This document shows positions 50,023-61,800 of a stretch of DNA of 64,000 bases, one piece after another. The notes under the pieces were generated by a model, which worked only from the letters and a program-made list of their open reading frames with translations, was not told the origin of the DNA and made no database searches. The position numbers were made by a program, and so were the translations under genes. How positions within the stretch are numbered: position 1 is the stretch's first letter; each line of letters opens with the position of its first letter. The DNA comes from Anthoceros angustus (taxonomy: Eukaryota; Plantae; Anthocerotophyta), in the NCBI GenBank assembly GCA_010909165.1, contig MU008210.1, positions 186,001 to 250,000 on the forward strand, in the 5' to 3' direction.

Positions 50023-52920
50023 CACCTCCGCTCCGTCGGATCTCGGTCCTGGACCTAGCGACATCCTCGTCGTGGGTCCCACCCTACGGCGGTAGGTCCA
50101 CATCTCACATAGGGACCCCCTCAGTAGCGACCTCCACCCGTGATTTTGAGACCTTAGCCCGGCTTCCGGTCTCGGTTTGGTGCATTTGGGACCCCTCCCT
50201 TAGGCTCGACTTGGGCCTTCTTCTTACTCCTAATCTCTACCTACTCCTCTACTCAACATTCAGCTCCACATTCTCCTCAACACTCACCTCAACTCAACTC
50301 CTCATCCTCCTAATCTAACCTTACTTCAAGCTCACTGGCCCTAGCTCGCCCTTATGGCTGGCACAGGTGCACCTACAAGCTAGCAAGTTCTTCCTTGGGC
50401 AGGTTGCTATGAGTTTGCACAGTGAGAACCTCCGAGTCTTTCCCTAGTCTACCCTCAAGAGAGTTCCATGGGCATCGCCACACACCCAAAGCAAAGCAAT
50501 TTCTGACAACCATTCACAAGGAGCAACTGAGGCGCCGCAGGAGCGAGCCCTCCGCCAAGCACTCCGACCACCGCAAACTCCCTCTCTACCGGACAATGCG
50601 TTAGCTTGCACGAAATTCCTTCACAAGGAGCAAAGGACTCATGAGTTTGGGAGCGCAAGGCGTGATATTTTCTTCTCAAAAACCTGCCCCTTATATAGGG
50701 CTCATACATAAGGCCTCCCCTTGGCCACACCTCCCCCCTTACTTTTCCACTACGTTCTTCCTCAACCACTATAAACTAATAGCCGCCTAAAGCCAGCATT
50801 AATTCCACTACCCAACTCGCTTTCAGTCATCATGACAATCAGCCTAGAAAACTCTCTAATCTCCCTATTTTAACAATAAGTTACAGCCTGAGCTGCGCGC
50901 CAAAATCCTAAGAGTTCTCACTCCAAATCCTAACCAATCTACCATAAATCCTCCACTTGCCTCGGCATTGACTCCACAATAGTGCTCCCGCATAATTCCA
51001 CAGCTGGCTCCTCTGAGCCACACACTCAACATCATGAAATCTAAAGCTTGGTGGAGAAGAGACCCATGCTCTTCCCGTGGTTTGCACTCCATCTCTCCAC
51101 AATTATTGCAAGCCTCCACACACACCGTCCCACACCCAATATTTCCAGCAACGAGCTCACACTCCAAACTACCACCATGTGCTTCATAAGCTTGGGGTTT
51201 CCTTGTCCTTCAAAAACCCTTCACGGCATCCATACCTGGCTTCCTCCGGAACCAACCTCGTCCTTGCAGCTTGGCCCCCTTGCATGCACAAGCTCTTCCT
51301 CGCGATTCCTCACAAGCTTGCCTAGGTGCCACTCCCTACACACCAAGCTCGCATGGCCCCTTGGTAGTGACATTGAAACTACTTGATGTAGGCCGTTCAT
51401 TCCTTGCCATGGCACCATTTCCACCATCCTCTGCCTAATCTGGAAAGCTTGCTGCCCAAGGTGCCCATGTGGGGTGTCGCACCCCACCTCCGCACTTTCT
51501 CCGTCGGATCTCGGTCCTGGACCTACAACGACATCCTACGATCGTAGGTCCCACCTCTGGTAGGTCCATCGCCCACATAGGGACCCCTACGGTAGCAGCG
51601 ACCTCCACCCGTGATTTTGAGACCTTAGCCCAGCTTCCGGTCTCGGTTTGGTGCATTTGGGACCCCTCCCTTAGGCTCGACTTGGGCCTTCTTCTTACTC
51701 CTAATCTCTACCTACTCCTCTACTCAACATTCAGCTCCACATTCTCCTCAACACTCACCTCAACTCAACTCCTCATCCTCCTAATCTAACCTTACTTCAA
51801 GCTCACAGCTCTAGCCCTTATGGCTGGCACAGGGTCGCCTACAAGCTAGCAAGTTCTTCCTTGGGCGGTTGCTATGAGTTTGCACACGAGAACCTCCGGA
51901 GTCTTTCCCTGAGTCTACCCTCAAGCCGAGTTCCATGGGCATCGCCACACACCCAAAGCAAAGCAATTTTACAGCAACCATTCACAAGGAGCAACTGTAG
52001 AGGCGCCCAAGGAGCGAGCCCTCCGCCAAGCACTCCGACCACCGCAAACTCCCTCTCTACCGGACAATGCGTTAGCTTGCACGAAATTCCTTCACAAGGA
52101 GCAAAGGACTCATGAGTTTGGGAGCGCAAGGCGTGATATTTTCTTCTCAAAAACCTGCCCCTTATATAGGGCTCATACATAAGGCCTCCCTTGGCCACAC
52201 CTCCCCCCCACTTTTCCACTCGTTCTTCCTCAACCACTATAAACTAATAGCCGCCTAAAGCCAGCATTAAAACCACTACCCACTCGCTTTATCATCATGA
52301 CAATCAGCCTAGAAAACTCTCCAATCTCCCTATTTTAACAATAAGCACTGAAACTGCGCCAAATCCTAAGAGTTCTCACTCCAAATCCTAACCAATCTAC
52401 CATAAATCCTCCACTTGCCTCGGCATTGACTCCACAATAGTGCTCGCATAATTCCATGGCTCCTCTGAGCCACACACTCAACATCATGAAATCTAAAGCT
52501 TGGTGGAGAAGAGACCCATGCTCTTCCGTGGTTTGCACTCCATCTCTCCACAATTATTGCAAGCCTCCACACACACCGTCCGCCCAATATTTCCAACGCG
52601 AGCTCACACTCCAAACTACCACCATGTGCTTCATAAGCTTGGGGTTTCCTTGTCCTTCAAAAACCCTTCACGGCATCCATACAGCTTCCTCCGAACCAAC
52701 CTCGTCCTTGCGGCTTGGCCCCTTGACAAGCTCTTCCTCGCGATTCCTCACAAGCTTGCCTAGGTGCCACTCCCTACACACCAAGCTCGCATGGCCCCTT
52801 GGTAGTGACATTGAAACTACTTGATGTAGGCCGTTCATTCCTTGCCATGGCACCATTTCCACCATCCTCCGCCTAATGGAAAGCTTGCTGCCCAAGGTGC
52901 CCATGTGGGGTGTCGCACCC
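50023..52920. repeat. Tandem duplication, units 50023-51484 and 51485-52920
   Basis: CACCTC(C/T)GC at 50023, 51485 and 52921. Confidence 0.92.
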
Positions 52921-52938
52921 CACCTCTGCCCATGTGAG

Positions 52939-53070
52939 GAGACCTCACCACTCCCTACGGTGGGAGACCTCACCACTCCCTCGGTGAGGAGACCTCACCA
53001 CTCCCTACGGTAGGGAGACTCACCACTCCCTACGGTGGGAGACCTCCACTCCCTACGGTAGGGAGACACT
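52939..53070. repeat. About 25-bp minisatellite, 5 copies (gagacctcaccactccctacggt(a/g)g)
   Basis: Head-to-tail units with no spacers. Confidence 0.9.
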
Positions 53071-53569
53071 CTCATCCTACCTATCTACCTACCTAACTAC
53101 CCTAAATGTAGGGAGCCCTTGCTGCCCTACATGCTACCCATGTAGGGTGACCAGGGCTGCCCTACATACTACTTACATCTCTGTCCCCTACTTGTCAACA
53201 CCCTACATGGGTAGGGATGTAAAGGTATTAAAGCCCAATGTACTTAGACTAATACACTTAGTCTAAGTTAGGTGTCAGTTAAGTATCATTAGTTTAGCTG
53301 AAGCTAATCACTAGGAAGCTTCTTGTGCTCCTTCCTAGGGGCTTCTTGTAGAGCTTCCTAGGGAGCCCTATTGGAGGGTATAAATACCCTTTAAGCCTCA
53401 TCTCAATGTGAGAGAGTTACACTTGCCTCCTCCTCTCCTCTCCTCTTTCCACCATCATGTGCCCACGATCCTTCAAGCCATCGAGCCTTTGGTTTGGTTG
53501 TGTTGTGATGCTAGAATTTTCTAGCTGCGTGGCGGCTCGTGGAATTGCAGTGATCCGGATCGCGGCGCT

Positions 53570-54400
53570 GCGAGCGCCCGCGGTGGCGGGGCGAGGCCGT
53601 GGCGAGGCAAAACCGCGACCTGGCGCGAGCGGCCGTGGCGCGAGGCCGGCGGGGCGGAGCGGCGCGGGCCGTGCGGGCGCAGCGCGGGCCGTGCGGCACA
53701 GGCGGCGGGCGGGCGGGCGCGGCGCGGCGAGCGCGCGGCGAGCCGCGGCGCGGCGGCCGCGGCGAGCCGCGGCCTTGGCCGCGGCCTTGGCCGCGGCGCG
53801 CGGCGCGGCCGCAGCGCGGCGCGCAGCGCCCGGCCGCGGCCGCGGCCGCGGGCGCTGGCGCGCGGGCGCAGCGGCGCAGCGAGGCCCAGCCGCCGGCCGC
53901 GGCCTTGGCGCGCGGCCGGCGCCGCAGCGCGCGCAGCGCTGGCGCGCGCCCGGCCGCGGCCGGCGCGGCCGCGGCGCTGAGCGCGCGGCGCGGCGCGGCG
54001 CGCGCGGCCGTGGCGAGGCCGCGACCAGCGCGGCGCGGCGGCCGCGCGCGGCCGCGAGCGGCGGCGGCCGGCCGTGCGGCAGCGGAGGCGTCGCGGCGCG
54101 GCGCGCGGCAGCCGCAGCGCCCGGCGCGGCCGCGGCCTTGGCCGCGGCCCAGCAGCCGCCGGGAGCCCGGCCCAGCAGCGGCGAGCCGCGGCGAGCCGCG
54201 GCGCCCAGCCAGCGGCGCGGCGCGGCGAGCCGCGGCGCGCGCCCAGCAGCGGCGCGGCCCGGCGCGGCCGCGAGCGCGGCCCGGCCGCGGCGGCCGCGGC
54301 CCAGCCACCGCGGCCTTGGCCGCGGCCCGGCGTGGCGCGCGCGGCGCGGGCCGTGGCGAGGCCGCGGCCGTGAGTTGCGGTGCGAGCGCGCGGTGGCGAA
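53570..54400 (+). repeat. Extremely GC-rich leader repeat of copia E (about 830 bp)
   Basis: Units such as ggcgaggccgcg and cggccttggccgcgg; about twice the length of the homologous tract in D. Confidence 0.9.
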
Positions 54401-55437
54401 AATTCGGCCGAAATACGAATACTCAGTGGAATAGTCAGCGGCAAAATACACGGTAGGTGGCTTTCTTCTTTGACTTTTACAAGGCGAGTCGAGTGTTTTA
54501 TCTGTATCGATTTTTGAGTCATGATGTCTTCATCATCGAAAAGCGTCATGTTCAATATCGAGAAGTTAGATGGTACTAACTTCCGTTCGGAAAGAACAAG
54601 TGTATAATGTTCTAGTGCGAGCGGATCAAGCCCATAAAGTTGTTAGGCGTCAAACCGGATAGTATGACGGGATGAGTGGCAGGACCTGGATGAGCTTGCT
54701 AGATCTACTATCATGCTAACATTGTCAAAAACAGTGTACTTCAATGTGAAAGATAAGACCACGAGTTACGGACTGTGGCAGAAGTTGTGTGACCTGTATG
54801 AGAAGCAAAGTGCGGCTTCTCAGGTGTATTGGTTAAAGCTGGTGGACTTGAAGATGAAGGAAGGGACGAGGATGTCCGATCATCTGAATGATTTCAATAC
54901 CATTTTCAGCCGACTCTCATCTCAAGGTATCACGTTCCCAGTTAGTGAGAGCTATGTTTATTGGTCACATTACGGAGAGTTGGGACACCTTTTCTGCTCA
55001 CGAGTAATTACGCCTGCTAGTGGTCTTACCATTGTAAATGTAGAAGGTAGCACATGGCGAGGTGAGCAGGAAAAACATGGAACCTTCCAAAGGTTCCGGT
55101 GCCCTCATAGTGAGAGGGAGGTCCCTGCGAAGGGAAGCAACGGAGCTTCTCTCGTAGCAAATCTCGTAGTCGTAACAAGAATGTGGAGTGTCACTATTGT
55201 CACAAAGGGTCACTTCAAAAAGTGCGAGAAGTTCAAAAGGACCAAGGAAAAGAAGAAGCGGGGCGACAAGGCGACTTAATGTCGAGGTTGGAAGAGTTAA
55301 ACTACTGTTGAGGACGGAGATGTCCTTATCTCTTCTTACTTGAATCTTGCACAATTAACGTAGTGGATAGTCATTTATTACGCAATTGGATAATTGACTG
55401 GTGCATCTTTCCATGTTACTCCTCATAGAGTGGTTTA

Positions 55438-58062
55438 GCGTATGATGCTACAAGGAAAGGATGCGTTAGGCTTGGAAATAACTATGCATGCGGATCGCGG
55501 GCGTGGGTGATGTGCAACTCAAGTTTGACAACGGATCTTCATTCATCTTTGAAGGGCGTTAGGCATGTTCGAAGTTGACAAAGAGCATGATTAGCGGACG
55601 GTTGGATGATCTTTGGTTACCACTTGGTTTGGGGATCACTCTTGGAAGATCTCCAAAGGTTCTCTTGTGTTAGCTCGTGGATCGAAGTGTGGCACTTTGT
55701 ACTCACTTGAGTAAACCATCAAAGATCATGTGATCATGTGAGCAATAAATGTTTCCTTGTGGCATTGCGGTTAGGACATATGTCTCGAGAAGGGAATGAA
55801 GGTTTTATCGTTACGGTTATATCCTGTTCTTAACTTCTCGATCTCTCGATGTGTGAGCCTTTGTTTATATGGGAAGCAGACAAAATCATCACATCGAACA
55901 AGAGGTAAAGTAAGTAAACCTCTTGAGTTGGTTCACGGTGATGTATGTGGACCTATGCCTCTTGCATCATTAGGCGGTGCCTCCTATTTTGTCACTTTCA
56001 TAGATGATTTCTCACGCAAGGTGTGGGTTTATCCTTTGAGGAAAAAGGATGAAGTTCGGGTGTTTGAAATTTGTCACCCTTGTAGAGAATCGATCACCGA
56101 TTGAAGTGTCTAAGACGGATAATGGTGGAGTATGTTTCAGCTTTCGGTCATTACGTGATTCCAAGGAATCAAAGAGAATTGATGCCGTATACTCCTCCAC
56201 AAAATGGTGTGGGCGGCGGATGAAACAGAACCATTCGGAGAGGATGCGTGGTTTGTTGTCAAACTGGATTGCCTAATGGGTTTTGGGCGAGCGATTCTCT
56301 GCAGTTCATCTTATTAACAGATCTCCTAATAAATGTTGATGAGCGAGTTCGGAGGAGCTATGGTATAGAAACCATCCTACAAGCATCTGCGAGTGTTTGG
56401 GCTGTGAGGCATCTTGCCATGTTCCAAAAGAGTTTCGGGACAAGTTGGCACCTAAGTCCAAGAAATGTATTTTTCTTGGCTATGGTGATTCGTGAGATGG
56501 GATACCGTTTGTGGGATCCGAGGCTAGAAAGGTTGTTCGTACTAACGACGTGTTCTTCAATGAGAACAAGATGCACGAAGCCTACTCCAAGCTGTGGAGG
56601 TGCGAAGGGTGATCTTCCAAGAAGATGGACATGATCATCATGGGCGGGTTGATACGTGGTAATGTGCAGAGCACATTCCTCCACCGATAGATGAACCAAG
56701 AGTCGAACAAGCACCTATAGAGGTGCACGTGCAGGTCGAGGCGGGATTACACGACCTCGGCGTATGATGCTACAAGGAAAGGATCGTTAGGCTTGGAAAT
56801 AACTATGCATGTGATCGCGGGCGTGGGTGATGTGCAACTCAAGTTTGACAACGGATCTTCATTCATCTTTGAAGGGCGTTAGGCATGTTCGAAGTTGACA
56901 AAGAGCATGATTAGCGGAGACGGTTGGATGATCTTTGGTTACGGTTTGGGGATCACTCTTGGAAGATCTCCAAAGGTTCTCTTGTGTTAGCTCGTGGATC
57001 GAAGTGTGGCACTTTGTACTCACTTGAGGAACCTTATCAAAGATCATGTGATGCAGCGACCAAATGTTTCCTTGTGGCATTGCGGTTAGGACATATGTCT
57101 CGAGAAGGGAATGAAGGTTTTATCGTTACGGTTATATCCTGTTCTTAACTTCGATCTCTCGATGTGTGAGCCTTTGTTTATATGGGAAGCAGACAAAATC
57201 ATCACATCGAACAAGAGGTAAAGTAAGTAAACCTCTTGAGTTGGTTCACGGTGATGTATGTGGACCTATGCCTCTGCATCATTAGGCGGTGCCTATTTTG
57301 TCACTTTCATAGATGATTTCTCGCAAGGTGTGGGTTTATCCTTTGAGGAAAAAGGATGAAGTTACGGGTGTTTGAAATTTGTCACCCTTGTAGAATCGAT
57401 CACCGATTGAAGTGTCTAGACGGATAATGGTGGCGAGTATGTTTCAGCTTTCGGTCATTACAGATTCCAAGGAATCAAAGAGAATTATTGCGTATACTCC
57501 TCCACAAAATGGTGTGGGCGGCGGATGAGCAGAACCATTCGAGGAGAGGATCGTGGTTGTTGTCAAACTACGGATTGCCTAATGGGTTTTGGGCGAGCGA
57601 TGTCTGCAGTTCATCTTATTGAGATCTCCTAATAAAATTTGTTGATGGCGAGTTCGGAGGAGCTATAGTGCGGAAAGAAACCATCCTACAAGCATCTGCG
57701 AGTGTTTGGCATGAGGCATCTTGCCATGTTCCAAAAGAGTTTCGGGACAAGTTGGCACCTAAGTCCAAGAAATGTATTTTTCTTGGCTATGGTGATTCGG
57801 TGAGATGGGATCTGGTTTGTGGGATCGAGGCTAGAAAGGTTGTTCGTACTAGGCGTGTTCTTCAATGAGAACAAGATGCACGAAGCCTACTCCAAGCGTG
57901 GAGTGCGAAGGGTGATCTTCAAGAAGATGGACATGATCATCATGGGCGGGTTGATAAGTGGTAATGTGCGGAGCACATTCCTCCACCGATAGATGAACCA
58001 AGAGTCGAACAAGCACCTATAGAGGTGCACGTAGCCGTGGTCGAGGATTACACGACCTCACG
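55438..58062. repeat. Tandem duplication of PR-INT region, units 55438-56759 and 56760-58062
   Basis: GCG(G)TATGAT at 55438, 56760 and 58063. Confidence 0.92.
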
Positions 58063-58856
58063 GCGGTATGATCCATCTGGATTATGTTATGTGACAGGTG
58101 GAACCCTCTTCTTACAAAGAGGCCATGTCAATGAGCAACAAAGAAGTGGGAGAAGGCCATGCGATCGAAATGAATTATGCATAAGAACCAAACTTGGGAG
58201 TTGGTTCCGTTGCCTAGGATAAGAAGGCACTACCTGCAAATGGGTGTACAAGATGAAGGTCATACCGCTTGATGGCAAACCAAAGTACAAGGCACGATTG
58301 GTTGCTAAGGGTTTCAAGCAACAACGGGCATTGACTTTGATGAGATTTTCTCACCGATGGTCAAAATGACAACTTTGCGATGTGTTCTTGCTTTGGTTGC
58401 GGGGATGATATGGAACTTATGCGGATGGATGTCAAGACGGCATTCTTGCATGGTGACCTTCAAGAGGGCGTCTACATGCAACGGAAGGTTTTGTTGAGAA
58501 GGGCAAAGAGCATCGGTGTGCGGGTTGAGGAAGAGCCTTTATGGTTTGAAGCAGGCACCAGTGGTATCACAAGTTCCACTCATTTATGCTTTCTCAAGGC
58601 TACAAGCGTGGCGATGAGGATCATTGCCTCTATACGAAACAAGCTAAGGATCAAAGCTTGCTCATTTTGATCCTCTATGTGGATGATATGCTAATTCTTT
58701 GGGAAAGTCTTGATGAGATTTCATTGAAGTCAAAGTTGAATGCTCACTTTGAAATAGCAGACTTGGGAGAGGCGAGCCATATACTTGGCATGCGTATTCG
58801 TCGGAACAGACATAAGCGTCTGCTTTATTTGTCTCAGACGGAATACATTAACAGCC

Positions 58857-61800
58857 CTTACATTGTGATGCGGCCAGTTTCGGATTTAGGCTATAAGGTT
58901 TTGATAGGCTGGCCTTGGTTGTATGGTACTGCATGTGTCTTTGATTTTGGTCGTAGCGGCGTCACCTTCAAGTCCAATAGGATAGGACCTGCGGTGATCG
59001 CTTTTGTGTCATGGAGCAAGGCTCCCTATGAGGGGGAGTCTGCACTCCAGTCTGATGGGTACACCTCAGGTAGCACGGGGGTAAGCTCCTCGGGCGGTGG
59101 CCAGCTGTCGGGGACCTTTAGAGGTTCGAAATAAAAGTTGATTTTGGAGTATTCATGCTTGCATAGAGGATGTCGTGAAGAGTCGAAGATGAGGCACATA
59201 GAGGAGTAGCCTTTTGGAAGGGTAAAGCTTATGATCGTGATTTTCGAGGAGGATCGGAACCGATCAGTGTGATCCGGAAGGAACATATAGATCCGTCGGT
59301 GGAGGACTTAGAGTTAGAGCAAGCAAGGTAGTCAAGGTTTCTAGGTATCTAGGGCAGGTAGAAAGAAGAGTTTCGTAGTATGCTTAGGGAGTATGTCGAT
59401 GTGTTTGCCTTCAAGATTCTTGACATGAGAATCTCGGAAGAGCGGGGATACATCGAATCGACTTGAAGGAGGGCAGCACTCTGGTGAGAATCAAGCAGTA
59501 CAGACTGAACCCCAAGTATTCCATGGTCGTTAAGGATCATCGACCAATATTTGGAGGCGGAGTAATCTACGGTGCTCACTAGCGAGTGGGTCGCCATCGT
59601 GATTGTACCAAAAGCGGCGGGGAAAGGTTCGGGTATGCGATTTGAAGCTCAATGAAGCGAAGAAGGATCATCACCCTTTGCCTTTCATGGACAGTGTGCT
59701 GGACACGGTGGTGGACATGAGATGTATAGTTTCTTGGATATTGGGTACAATCAGATTTCGCTGCGGAAGGAGGATCAGGACAAGACAACATTCACAAGTT
59801 GGGGAACCTACGCTTATTCAAAACTCCCTTTGGGTTGTGTAATGCCCCGCCACTTTCCAGTGTGGTGAACGCGATATTCGAGATTTTCACGAAGTTCATG
59901 GAGGTATTCTAGATGATTTGCGTGTTGGAGAGACGCATTTAGATCATTTGAGACAATGTTTCCAATGCGAGAGTCGAACATGAAACTCATCCGGGAAGTG
60001 TTATTTTGGTATGACGGAGGGCATTTTGTTAGCACATCGAGTCTGTCGAGGGGTTGCGGTAGATAAGGAGAAAGTAGCAATTATAGGAGATGGACCACAA
60101 GCGGTGAGGCAGTGCGTGCTTTTGTAGGACTAGTAGGATATTACAGGAGGTTCATCAAGGATTTCGCCAAGAAGGCAGCCTTGTTGACACAATTGACCAA
60201 GAAGGATACACCTTTCGAATGGACAATGCAAGGCAGGCAGTGAAGGACAGCTTGGTGAGCGCACCAACGTTACAACCGCCAGATTGGGAGAAACCGTTTC
60301 ACGTATACGTGGATGTGTCCGCTTATGCCATTGGGACCGTCTTAAGCCGGAAGGGCGAAGAAAGCGGGATCATCCGATTTTCTATGCGTAGCAGCTCACG
60401 GATGAGAACTACTCAACCACGGAGCGAGAGGGTCTTGGTATCATTTACTCTTGTAAGAAGTTTAGACACTATCTGCTTGCTTGCAAGGTGATGTTCCATG
60501 TTGACCATTTTGCGTTGAAGTATCTTGTCAACAAACCAGATTTGTCAGGAAGGATTGCCAGATGGGTACTACTGCTGCAAGAATTCGACTACGACGTGGA
60601 GACTAGGCCAAGGAAGCAGCATCAGAATGCTGATTTTATTTCTCGTCTGAAAACTGGAGAGCGACTTGAGGCCACGGACGACCGATTTCCTGACGAGGAG
60701 TTGGTCGCCGCAGCCTGGGTCGAAGGGGAGGACGTGAGCATGTTGTAGGCGGCATAAGAATTGATCAGCAAGTCTTGTTGCCCGCGGGGAGGCCAAATGA
60801 GCAAGAAAGGAGCGTTGTGCAGGAAAAGCTGCGGCAGGACAATCTGGAAATAGGAGATAGGATGGCGCCGATGGGCGAGGAGGCTGGAATGCTCCTCAAG
60901 GGTGAGCGTCGGAGGGCTGCAAGTGGAGGCCACGAGTTGGCAAAGGAAGGAGGTGCCCATGACAAGCTTGAAGAAAACTGGGAGAAGGAGATGGCATTCA
61001 TGGGAAATCACTCGAGGAGGACATGGAGTGCAGGAAGGCAAGAGGTCGCCATGGGAGCACGAGTGGACCTAGACACGAGGCTAGACCAGCGAATGGAAGA
61101 GATCAGCCGTTGTGAGGAGGAGCATGCAAACGGCGGGCCAGGAACGTCGGCATGGGCGGGGAGGCGGATTTGTAGATAGATCCACGCCACCGGGCTACTA
61201 ACGGACGAGCTAGCGAGGAGGCGTAGTATGCTTAGGGAGTATGTCGATGTGTTTGCCTTCAAGAATTCATGACAGAATCTGGAAGACGGGTCGAATCGAC
61301 TTGAAGGAGGGCACTCGGTGAGATCAAGCAATCTGTGAATCCCAAGTATTCCATGGTCGTTAAGGATCATCGACCAATATTTGGAGGCGGGTAATTTATC
61401 CGGTGCTCACTAGCGAGTGGGTCGCACCATCGTGATTGTACCAAGAAGCGGAGGAAAGGTTCGGGTATGCAGATTTTCGAGGAAGCTCAATGAAGCGGCG
61501 AAGGATCATCACCCTTTGCCTTTCATGGACAGTGTGCTGGACACGGTAGCCGGACATGAGATGTATAGTTTCTTGGATATTAGGTACAATCAAATTTATG
61601 CGGAAGGAGGATCGGGACAAGACAACATTCACAACGGATTGGGGAACCTACGCTTATTCAAAACTCCCTTTGGGTTGTGTAATGCCCCCCGCCACTTTCA
61701 GTGTGGTGAACGCGATATTCGAGATTTTCGAAAGTTCATGGAGGTATTCTAGATGATTTGCGTGTTGGGAAGAAGGACATTTAGATCATTTGAGACAATG

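Larger units (their letters stand above)
49338..53217 (-). repeat. Long Athila-related LTR (about 2.4 kb without its internal duplication), interrupted by copia E
   Basis: Starts tgtgggaggaaaaccc; shares blocks with 23725-24331 and 31406-31620; orientation inferred from copy 2. Confidence 0.75.
53218..58855 (+). mobile_element. Ty1/copia element E (same family as D), 3'-truncated in RT
   Basis: LTR 53218-53475 is the reverse complement of the D LTR; gag FNIEKLDGTNF...LWQKLCDLYEKQSAASQVYWL; INT LVHGDVCGPM; RT LILYVDDML. Confidence 0.93.

Noticed and set aside
52939-53070. Repeats of CRISPR-like length
   Set aside because: Head-to-tail units with no unique spacers, inside an LTR.
53417-54555. 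Long Ala/Arg/Pro-rich ORFs in nearly all frames (also 43193-43885)
   Set aside because: Near-pure G/C repeats cannot contain stop codons; the ORFs are open on both strands and have no domain signal.
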